21,151 nt of DNA. Source: an uncultured virus (IMG/VR IMGVR_UViG_2510065032_000001). Lineage: Duplodnaviria; Heunggongvirae; Uroviricota; Caudoviricetes. The notes below the pieces were generated by a model. The model did not search any database, was not told where the DNA came from, and saw nothing but the letters and a program-made list of their open reading frames with translations. The first letter of the stretch is position 1; the number at the start of each line of letters is the position of its first letter. This document shows, piece after piece, positions 15,088-21,151 of the stretch. The stretch is from IMG/VR virus record IMGVR_UViG_2510065032_000001; one strand, given 5' to 3'. The position numbers and the translations under genes are program-made.

Positions 15088-15896
15088 GCCTCAAACCCGC
15101 CAGACCCGCCCTCGCCAAGGCCGCCCGCGCCGCGCTCGAGGCCATGCGCCCCGCGCTCACCGGCGGCCAGGCCCAGCCCCAGGCCCCGGCCCGGGAGCCC
15201 GAGTGCCCCAACCCCGAATGCACCGACGGCTGGGACTTGCGCCGCGACCGCGAGTGCGAGCAGTGCCGCAGCCGCAAACAGCTCGTTCGCCTGCGCGACG
15301 AGCTGCTGGGCGCGGGGGTCGAGCCGAGGTATCTGGAGGTGGAATGGGAACACCTCCAGATGGACGACAACCTCGAGCGCATCCGCAAGGGCTGCGCGGT
15401 GATCGAACGGGTGATCCGTGAAGGCCGTAACCTGGCCCTGCACGGCATCCCCGGCGCGGGGAAGACCCAGGCCGCGACGCTGATGGTCAAGGCCGCGATC
15501 CGCAAGGGGTTCGCCGCGCGCATCTACGCCATGAGCGCCCTGGTCACGCAGGCCCGGGCCGCCTGGACCGCGCGCGAGGAGGAGGAACGGCTGTTCGAAC
15601 GCAACCTGCCCGAGCACATGGCCCGGTTCCGGCTGCTGGTGCTCGACGGGGTGGGCGACTTCGAGGCCGCGGGCAAGGCCGACGCCCAGCACAACACCCT
15701 CGAGTTCCGCCTGCTGTACGCCGTCCTCAACGCCCGCCAGGGCGCGGGTCTGCGCACGGTGATCACCACCAACCTCACCCAGAAGCGCTTTGCCGAGCAC
15801 TTCGGGCCCCAGGTGGTCAGCCGCCTCAAGCCCTTCAGCGCGCTCAACATGGTGGCCCGCGACTGGCGCGAGCGGGAGACCCCCCTCGACTGGTGA
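15084..15896 (+). CDS. DnaC/IstB-like AAA+ helicase loader, 270 aa
   Basis: Zn motif CPNPEC..CEQC, Walker A GIPGAGKT, Walker B LLVLDGVG, VITTNL and VVSRL. Confidence 0.9.
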   Translation: MSLKPARPALAKAARAALEAMRPALTGGQAQPQAPAREPECPNPECTDGWDLRRDRECEQCRSRKQLVRLRDELLGAGVEPRYLEVEWEHLQMDDNLERIRKGCAVIERVIREGRNLALHGIPGAGKTQAATLMVKAAIRKGFAARIYAMSALVTQARAAWTAREEEERLFERNLPEHMARFRLLVLDGVGDFEAAGKADAQHNTLEFRLLYAVLNARQGAGLRTVITTNLTQKRFAEHFGPQVVSRLKPFSALNMVARDWRERETPLDW

Positions 15897-15900
15897 GGGG

Positions 15901-15994
15901 GGTCAAGTGCAAATGACCGCGCCTGCCGTTACCGGAGCCGTTATCATCTCCGGCGTAACGGTGGGGATTACAAAAATCGTGACAATCCGTGACA
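15901..15994. repeat. AT-richer intergenic region with CCGT(T/G)A(C/T) repeats and an imperfect inverted repeat
   Basis: ccgttac at 15926, ccgttat at 15938, inverted gtaacgg at 15955, cgtgaca at 15978 and 15988. Stem CCGTTAC-CGGAG / CTCCG-GC-GTAACGG. Confidence 0.65.
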
Positions 15995-16007
15995 TGGAGC
16001 AATACAA

Positions 16008-16259
16008 ATGGCGACTACTGTAGATAACAACCCGGCGCTCGAGGCCCTGCTGAACGAACTGGACACCACCGACGACCCGCAGGAGGAGGGCGAGCTGATG
16101 GAGCTGGCCCACCTCGCCCACCTCGCCTTCACCCGGCTCGGCGGGCCCAAAGCGGCCCGCCAGCCGCTCGAGCGGCTGGCGGGGGTGCTGACGGGCGGGC
16201 CCACGCCCGGGCTACTCGAGCGCCTTCAGGCCCTCTTCGATGGCGTAGATCACCAGTGA
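16008..16259 (+). CDS. 83 aa acidic helical hypothetical protein
   Basis: GGAG RBS at 15996; its 3' end overlaps the convergent RHH gene by 48 nt. Confidence 0.6.
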   Translation: MATTVDNNPALEALLNELDTTDDPQEEGELMELAHLAHLAFTRLGGPKAARQPLERLAGVLTGGPTPGLLERLQALFDGVDHQ

Positions 16260-16604
16260 GGACTGGGTGACGCGGGTCGGGTGCCGCTCCTTGGACAGGG
16301 CGGCGGCCGCCTCCTTGAGGCTTTCCTGGAGCTCGGGCCGCAGCCGGTTGGAGAGGGTGGGGTCGGAGGGGTGGGCCATCGGGAAGTACTCGGGCAGGGT
16401 CTCGGGCGCCGTGCGCCAGACCCGCAAAAACTCCGAGATGAAGCTGTCGAGCAGGTCGCCCACGTAGGTGCGGTGGCGCACGGCGGCCTCCTTGAGGCGG
16501 TTCTTGAGGTGCTGGGGCACCACCACCGTGAAGGGGGTGCGCACCGTCACCTCCTCGGGGCTGGGGCCGCGCATCAGCCCGGCGTAGACCTCGCGGTTAG
16601 GCAT
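16212..16604 (-). CDS. 130 aa tandem ribbon-helix-helix protein, putative ParG-like centromere-binding protein
   Basis: FTVVVPQHLKNRLKEAAVRHRTYVGDLLDSFISEFL and LSNRLRPELQESLKEAA...TQSSLVIYAIEEGL; overlaps the parA stop. Confidence 0.7.
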   Translation of the reverse strand: MPNREVYAGLMRGPSPEEVTVRTPFTVVVPQHLKNRLKEAAVRHRTYVGDLLDSFISEFLRVWRTAPETLPEYFPMAHPSDPTLSNRLRPELQESLKEAAAALSKERHPTRVTQSSLVIYAIEEGLKALE

Positions 16605-17382
16605 GGGCCGTCACCCCCTCGAGCTTCTCCAGCAGCCGCTCCCCGAAGGCTTCGTAGTCCTTGGCCCCCCGGCTGCGGGGCTTGTACTCGAAGGCGGTCT
16701 GGCCTTTGGTCGAGCACTCGGCCAGGGCGGTGTTGCGGTGGATGACCCCGAGGTTGCGCGGGCCCAGGCCCTCCAGCTCCTCGAGCAGCTCGCCCGCGAT
16801 CTTCTCCCGCCGGTTGACCAGGGTGCCCAGCATCCCCAGCACCGCCGGGGCGGTGCCCAGCTCGGCCTTCATGGCCTCCAGCCGCCGGGTGAGGCCCCGG
16901 GCGCCGCTCTTGCCCGACCCGGGGGCCATCGGGACCACCACGAGGTCGGAGGCGTACAGAGCCACCAGGCTCACGAGGTTGACGGTGGGCCCCACGTCCA
17001 CCACGCAGAAGTCGTAGCCCTTGAGCTCGGCCAGCCGCCGGGCGAGCGCCGGGTAGGGCCGGGGGCGGCGGGAGAGCTGGATTTCGACCTCGGCAATGCG
17101 CGGGTCGTTGGGGATGAGGTCCAGCCCCGGGCGCACGTCGAGCATCACCAGCTCGGAGGCGCGCCGGAAGTGGCGCAGGGCCGGGTCGTCGTGGAGCAGC
17201 AGCTCGTACATCCCCGCCCTGGGCTCGTCGGGCAGGCCCAGAAACTCCCCGGCCTGGCCCTGTGAGTCGATGTCGATGAGGAGCACGCGCTTGCCCTGCT
17301 GGGCCAGGAAGTGCGCCAGGTGGACCGCGGTGGTGGTCTTGCCCACCCCCCCTTTCTCGGCCGCTACTGCGATTGTTCTCAT
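16597..17382 (-). CDS. parA: ParA/Soj family Walker ATPase (type Ib), 261 aa
   Basis: MRTIAVAAEKGGVGKTT, VLLIDIDSQ, YDFCVVDVGP, AKDYEAF; AAGGAGG RBS. Confidence 0.93.
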   Translation of the reverse strand: MRTIAVAAEKGGVGKTTTAVHLAHFLAQQGKRVLLIDIDSQGQAGEFLGLPDEPRAGMYELLLHDDPALRHFRRASELVMLDVRPGLDLIPNDPRIAEVEIQLSRRPRPYPALARRLAELKGYDFCVVDVGPTVNLVSLVALYASDLVVVPMAPGSGKSGARGLTRRLEAMKAELGTAPAVLGMLGTLVNRREKIAGELLEELEGLGPRNLGVIHRNTALAECSTKGQTAFEYKPRSRGAKDYEAFGERLLEKLEGVTAHA

Positions 17383-17425
17383 GTCCCTCCTTCGGCCAGT
17401 GGCCGGACAGCGCGACGTGAGGGCC

Positions 17426-18079
17426 CTACAGCCCGACCCCCAGCCTGGGAATCGCCCAGGTGACCACCCCGTAAACCCGCTCGCCGCCCGCGAGCCGGAA
17501 GCTCTCGCCCTCGAGGGCGGGGCGCTGGCGGTAGTCGCCGTTGCCCAGGTAGAACGCCAGCTCCAGGCCGCGCTCGCGCAGCAGCACGACCAGCTCGCCG
17601 GGCACGGGGCTCTCCTCCAGGCGGCAGCCCACGTTCTGCCCCGGCCACAGCAGCGGGGCGTAGCGCTCGGTGCGCACCTGGAACATGAAGTCGGCCCCCG
17701 GCAGGTCGGGGGTGGCGCGGCGGGCCACGGTCGCCCGCGGGCGCTCGCCCTCGAGGTACAGCGGCACCTCGGCGGCGGGCGTGATGGGGTCGCCCAGGCC
17801 GTCGGCGGGGCTGAGCAGGGGCAGCTCGAGCCCGGTGTCCCTGCGGAAGCGCGCCGCGTCGCCGTCCCAGAGCAGGTGGATGATGGTGCGCAGCTTCCCG
17901 GCGCTGATGGTGCGGCGCAGGAAGTAGTCCGGGTCTTTCTCCATCGACCAGAACCAGTTGCGCGTGACCGCCTCGTAGAGCGGGTTGTTCTCGGCCAGCT
18001 TACGGGAGGACTCCTCGAGCTTGCGGTAGGTGAGTTTGCGTTCGAGCCGTTTGCGGGCAATGGCCTGTCCGTGGTTCAT
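17426..18079 (-). CDS. CI-like repressor: XRE-like HTH plus degenerate S24/LexA-like C-terminal domain
   Basis: GQAIARKRLERKLTYRKL (XRE start). VPLY...FMFQVRTERYAPLLWPGQ...GELVVL...RVYGVV follows the S24 layout. Divergent from the cro-like gene. Confidence 0.7.
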   Translation of the reverse strand: MNHGQAIARKRLERKLTYRKLEESSRKLAENNPLYEAVTRNWFWSMEKDPDYFLRRTISAGKLRTIIHLLWDGDAARFRRDTGLELPLLSPADGLGDPITPAAEVPLYLEGERPRATVARRATPDLPGADFMFQVRTERYAPLLWPGQNVGCRLEESPVPGELVVLLRERGLELAFYLGNGDYRQRPALEGESFRLAGGERVYGVVTWAIPRLGVGL

Positions 18080-18190
18080 AGATGCATACCCCCGTGAATG
18101 TGGCTGCTGGCTGTCGGTCTCGCCTCCCTTTCCCTCAAGGATGCCGTGGTGACGGTCACGCCGTGGTCCCCCTGACTCCCTGTCGCTTTA

Positions 18191-18219
18191 ATCCTACCAC
18201 ATGAAACACATTGCTTGAA
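18191..18219 (-). promoter_or_regulatory. Leftward promoter for the repressor-parA-RHH operon
   Basis: TTCAAG-N17-TAGGAT with extended -10 (TGn). Confidence 0.6.
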
Positions 18220-18240
18220 ATATAACTTGTCCCGTATCAT
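18211..18240 (+). promoter_or_regulatory. Rightward promoter for the cro-like and portal operon; its -35 overlaps the leftward -35
   Basis: TTGCTT-N18-TATCAT. Confidence 0.7.
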
Positions 18241-18268
18241 GAACATTACTCACGGTTGACCCCTGCCC

Positions 18269-18277
18269 TGTGGATAA
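18269..18277 (-). promoter_or_regulatory. Perfect DnaA box TTATCCACA
   Basis: Plus strand TGTGGATAA, 8 nt before the cro-like ATG. Confidence 0.5.
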
Positions 18278-18285
18278 GTGGGGTC

Positions 18286-18516
18286 ATGAGCCTCGACCTC
18301 GACACCCTGCACGCGCGCTTCAGCGCCCTCACCGGCGCGCAAATCGCCCGCGTCTCCGCCCGAACGGGCATCAGCCGCAACACGCTCTACCAGCTCAAGG
18401 ACCGCCGCCGCCTCGAGCGGGCCAAGCTCGCCACCGTGCTCGGCGCCCTCCAGGCCCTCGAAGGGCCCCAAGACCCCCCGCCCCCCGCCTCTGACCCCTC
18501 GGGGGCGGGAGCCTGA
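18286..18516 (+). CDS. 76 aa Cro-like HTH protein
   Basis: QIARVSARTGISRNTLYQLK...KLATVLGALQAL. Confidence 0.75.
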   Translation: MSLDLDTLHARFSALTGAQIARVSARTGISRNTLYQLKDRRRLERAKLATVLGALQALEGPQDPPPPASDPSGAGA

Positions 18517-18520
18517 AGCC

Positions 18521-20275
18521 ATGAGCGACGTGGACCCCCAAGCGCTGAAGGCGGCCCGGACCGCCATGCAGCCCGACGCCCCGCCCGACGAGCGCCAGGA
18601 CGCGGCCCTCGAGGTGGCCCGGGGCGTCAAGGGCGCGGTGCCGGTGTTCTCCAAGGCCGACCTGTTCAAGGCCGCGGCCTACGGCTACGCCGTGGCCCAG
18701 CGCCGGGCGGGGCAGGCCAAGAGCGACACCGCCGACCCCTTCCGCATCTTCCGGCCCTCGCCGGTGCTCTCGGGCAGGCCCGCGCCGCTGGGGTTCGCCC
18801 AACTGCGCTCGCTGGCGACGCACGACGTGATCCTGGCCTCCATCGTGCTCACCCGCCAGCGCCAGGTGGCGTCGCTGGCCCAGGCCGCCCAGATGGACCG
18901 CGACCCGGGGTTCCGGGTCAAGCTGCGGGGGCTGAAGGACTCGGAGATGACCGACGGGGCGCGCCAGCGCATCGAGTGGCTGACGCGCTACGTCGAGAAC
19001 TGCGGGGCGGAGTTCAGCCCCTTCGCCCGCAAGAAGCTCAAGCGCGACGACTTCTCGACCTTCCTCAAGAAGGCGGTGATGGACACGCTGCTCATGGACG
19101 CCATGCCGGTGGAGATCGTGCGCACCCACTCGGGGCGCCCCCACGGGTTCAAGAGCGTGGACGGGGCCACGGTCTACGTGGCCCCGCCGGAGGGCTTCGA
19201 GGACACCCTGCCCGAGCCCGTCGCCGCGACCTACGAGCTGCCCGACCTGGGGGACGTGGACGGGATCATGGTGGTGGACTCGCAGGTGCAGCACTGGTTC
19301 CGCTACGACGAGCTGCTGTACCCGCTGCGCAACCCCCGCACCGACCTCTACGGCGCGGGCTACGGCCTGGCCGAGACCGAGCTGATGCTCAGGGTGATGA
19401 CCGGGCTCGTCAACGTCCTCTCCTACAACCAGAAAGCCTACTCGGAGAACCACGTGCCCCAGGGCTTCCTCACCGTGTTCGGGGACTTCAGCGACGAGGA
19501 CGTTGAGGTCTTCAAGAACGAGTGGGCCAGCTACGTGGCGGGGGTGAGCAACGCCTTCCGGCTGCCGGTGCTGGTGTCGAAGGACAAGGAGAGCGGGGCG
19601 GTGTTCACCAAGACCGGGGTGGAGGTCACCGAGATGGCCTTCGTGAAGCTCATCACCCTCTACATCGCCATCGAGGCCGCGCTCTACGGCATCGACCCCA
19701 ACGAGATCGGCTTCGAGAGCTTCACGTCCAAGTCCTCCAGCCTCTCCGACGGCTCGGTGGAGAGCCGCCTGGCCGCCAGCCAGGACAAGGGGCTCAGGCC
19801 GCTGTTGCAGCACCTGCAAAGCCCCTTGCAGGCCATCCTCGAGGACGTGGACCCCGACGCGGTGTTCACCTGGACCGGCTTCCAAGACCCCAAGGAGGCC
19901 GCCGAGTTCGACAAGCTGGTACTGACCTTTGGCGAGGCCCGCGAGCGGGCGGGCCTGCCGCTGACCGGCGACGCGATGCTGGACAACGCCCCCCTCAACC
20001 CCGCCATGCAGAGCGTGTACCTCCAGGCGCAGGGCATGGCCCAGATGGGTACAGAGGCCGGGGGCGAGGGCGAGGGCGAGGAGGGCTGGCCGCCCCAGGA
20101 AGGCGAGGAGGGCGAGGGGGGCCAGCACCAGGGCCAGGACCGGCAGGAGGCGGACGGCGGGGATGAGGGTGCGGACGGGGGCGAGGAGGGGGCGCAGCCC
20201 CAGAATCTGGTGGCGCAGCTCATACGCCGCTTCGGCAAGGGCAAGGTGAGGGGCGGGGCCGGAGGTGGGGCGTGA
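18521..20275 (+). CDS. Phage portal protein, 584 aa, with acidic C-terminal tail
   Basis: ILASIVLTRQRQV, RDDFSTFLKKAVMDTLLMD, VDGATV, LRNPRTD..GYGLAETE, GIDPNEIG, SQDKGLRPLL, LTFGEARERAGLP. Confidence 0.92.
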   Translation: MSDVDPQALKAARTAMQPDAPPDERQDAALEVARGVKGAVPVFSKADLFKAAAYGYAVAQRRAGQAKSDTADPFRIFRPSPVLSGRPAPLGFAQLRSLATHDVILASIVLTRQRQVASLAQAAQMDRDPGFRVKLRGLKDSEMTDGARQRIEWLTRYVENCGAEFSPFARKKLKRDDFSTFLKKAVMDTLLMDAMPVEIVRTHSGRPHGFKSVDGATVYVAPPEGFEDTLPEPVAATYELPDLGDVDGIMVVDSQVQHWFRYDELLYPLRNPRTDLYGAGYGLAETELMLRVMTGLVNVLSYNQKAYSENHVPQGFLTVFGDFSDEDVEVFKNEWASYVAGVSNAFRLPVLVSKDKESGAVFTKTGVEVTEMAFVKLITLYIAIEAALYGIDPNEIGFESFTSKSSSLSDGSVESRLAASQDKGLRPLLQHLQSPLQAILEDVDPDAVFTWTGFQDPKEAAEFDKLVLTFGEARERAGLPLTGDAMLDNAPLNPAMQSVYLQAQGMAQMGTEAGGEGEGEEGWPPQEGEEGEGGQHQGQDRQEADGGDEGADGGEEGAQPQNLVAQLIRRFGKGKVRGGAGGGA

Positions 20276-20808
20276 GGGCCGTGCTGCGCGTGGCTAAGGC
20301 CGACGCCCCCAAGGAGGCGGGGCGGGGGGTGATGCTGTGCCTGGTGCCCCCGCTCGAGGTGGCCCAGGCCCTGGCCCTGCCGGGGGGCCTGCCGCCCAGG
20401 GAGCTGCACCTCACCCTGGCCTACCTGGGCAAGCTGGGGGAGGGGGTGACGCCGGAGGCGCTGGCGCGCCTGATGCCCGCCGCGCGCTTCCTCGCCGCGA
20501 TGATGCCGCCCCTCGAGGCCCGCGTCTCGGGCCTGGGGCGCTTCTCCCTCCCAGGGGGGGACGCCTTTTACGCCAGCGTGGACCACCCGAGGCTGCCGGA
20601 GTTCCGCCGCGTCTGGGTCGAGCTGTGCCAGCGCCTCGGGGCGCCCCCGGTGCTCAACCACGGCTTCACCCCCCACATCACCCTGTCCTACCTGACCCCC
20701 GCCGCCCCCCAACCCCTGCAACGCCTCGAGCCCCTGGCCTGCCGCTTCGACAGCGTGCAGCTCTGGGCGGGGGAGGGGCGGGAGGTGTTTTGGCTGGGGA
20801 GGGGCTGA
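20272..20808 (+). CDS. 2H phosphoesterase (2'-5' RNA ligase/LigT fold; Acb1-like candidate), 178 aa
   Basis: Two HxT motifs, ELHLTLAYLG and FTPHITLSY; GTG coupled to the portal stop. Confidence 0.85.
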   Translation: MRAVLRVAKADAPKEAGRGVMLCLVPPLEVAQALALPGGLPPRELHLTLAYLGKLGEGVTPEALARLMPAARFLAAMMPPLEARVSGLGRFSLPGGDAFYASVDHPRLPEFRRVWVELCQRLGAPPVLNHGFTPHITLSYLTPAAPQPLQRLEPLACRFDSVQLWAGEGREVFWLGRG

Positions 20809-20809
20809 G

Positions 20810-21151
20810 GTGGAGCACGACATCTGGCAGCCCGACCCCGACCCCCTCAAGGCGCGCCTCGAGGCGGCCTTCTACGCCCTGGGCCAGCGCTACCTGATCG
20901 AGGTGCACCAGGCCGTACACCGCGCGCTGGGGCTGCCGCAGGTGCCGCGCCTGAGCGTGGCGAAAGCCTACCGCCTGCCCCTGCCCCTGCTGCTCCTCGC
21001 CAAGGCCCAGCGCCGGGGGCTGGGCCGGGTGGGGGAGGAGCTCGAGCAGCGCTGGGAGCGCAGCCGGGTGGAGTGGGGCAGCGCGGTGCGGCGCTTCGTG
21101 GACCTGCTCAGCCGCAAGGACGGCGCCCTGGCCCGCGAGCTGGCCGGGGCC
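20810..21151 (+). CDS. Probable head morphogenesis/minor head protein (3' partial)
   Basis: Open frame from GTG 20810 to the window end: MEHDIWQPDPDPLKARLEAAFY...LSVAKAY...LLLAKAQ. Assigned mainly from its position after the portal. Confidence 0.5.
   Translation, partial: MEHDIWQPDPDPLKARLEAAFYALGQRYLIEVHQAVHRALGLPQVPRLSVAKAYRLPLPLLLLAKAQRRGLGRVGEELEQRWERSRVEWGSAVRRFVDLLSRKDGALARELAGA

Larger units (their letters stand above)
1..21151. mobile_element. Segment of a temperate tailed phage, probably a phage-plasmid of a Deinococcota host
   Basis: Terminases, portal, repressor/cro pair, initiator plus helicase loader, ParA plus RHH protein and many small overlapping (ATGA/GTGA-coupled) ORFs. 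No integrase in the window. Confidence 0.9.

Noticed and set aside
10168..17382. Chromosomal origin region (dnaN, ssb, parA, plus the DnaA box at 18269)
   Set aside because: No dnaA, rpsF/rpsR or gid context, and only one DnaA box; the genes are interleaved with phage genes.
17393..17405. Palindrome CGGCCA-G-TGGCCG upstream of the parA RBS
   Set aside because: Short and GC-rich, so likely by chance; no second copy seen.
7530..18060. Long N-terminal extensions in the ORF track (starts at 8600, 9947, 11353, 13147, 14817, 18060)
   Set aside because: They overlap real upstream genes or repeat DNA; RBS and stop-start coupling support shorter starts at 8261, 9419, 10171, 12946, 15084 and 17382.
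18149..18159. GTGAC-G-GTCAC resembles matS
   Set aside because: The spacer is 1 nt rather than 3, and MatP is gammaproteobacterial; at most a minor operator candidate.
18395..20850. 577 aa and 388 aa minus-strand ORFs
   Set aside because: Antisense shadows of the portal and phosphoesterase genes.
1..21151. tRNA/rRNA genes, integrase/att sites, IS elements, protelomerase site
   Set aside because: None recognisable by eye; absence from this window says nothing about the rest of the element.

Overview
The window is a very GC-rich (~70%+) segment of a tailed temperate phage, most likely a plasmid-type prophage (phage-plasmid). The host is probably Deinococcota (Thermus/Meiothermus-like), judged from a tandem-OB SSB ending DIDEGLED..FPPEEDLPF, a DnaN ending VVVPLRV and leaderless promoters. 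Four transcription blocks are visible. (1) A long leftward block (13724 to 378): early hypotheticals, ssb, dnaN, a Myb/HTH protein, VRR-NUC nuclease, small and large terminase, membrane micro-peptides, a decayed PAPS-reductase-like remnant, a MazG-like enzyme and a probable capsid spike-base/fibre pair. (2) A rightward replication block: wHTH, an initiator with internal 15-bp iterons, and a DnaC/IstB-like loader. (3) A leftward repressor-parA-tandem-RHH block. (4) A rightward block: cro-like gene, portal, 2H phosphoesterase (Acb1-like) and a probable head morphogenesis gene. The most unusual points are: terminases split from the portal and on the opposite strand; the portal directly behind the cro promoter; a repressor lacking the S24 catalytic dyad; a perfect DnaA box in the cro leader; two copies of a GGTGTAA-N6-TTACACC site bracketing the terL-to-fibre segment; a shared intergenic operator-like motif; a phased 10-bp repeat field ahead of terS; a candidate sRNA; and strong CTCGAG over-representation. 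All protein calls come from reading motifs by eye; no database searches were run.
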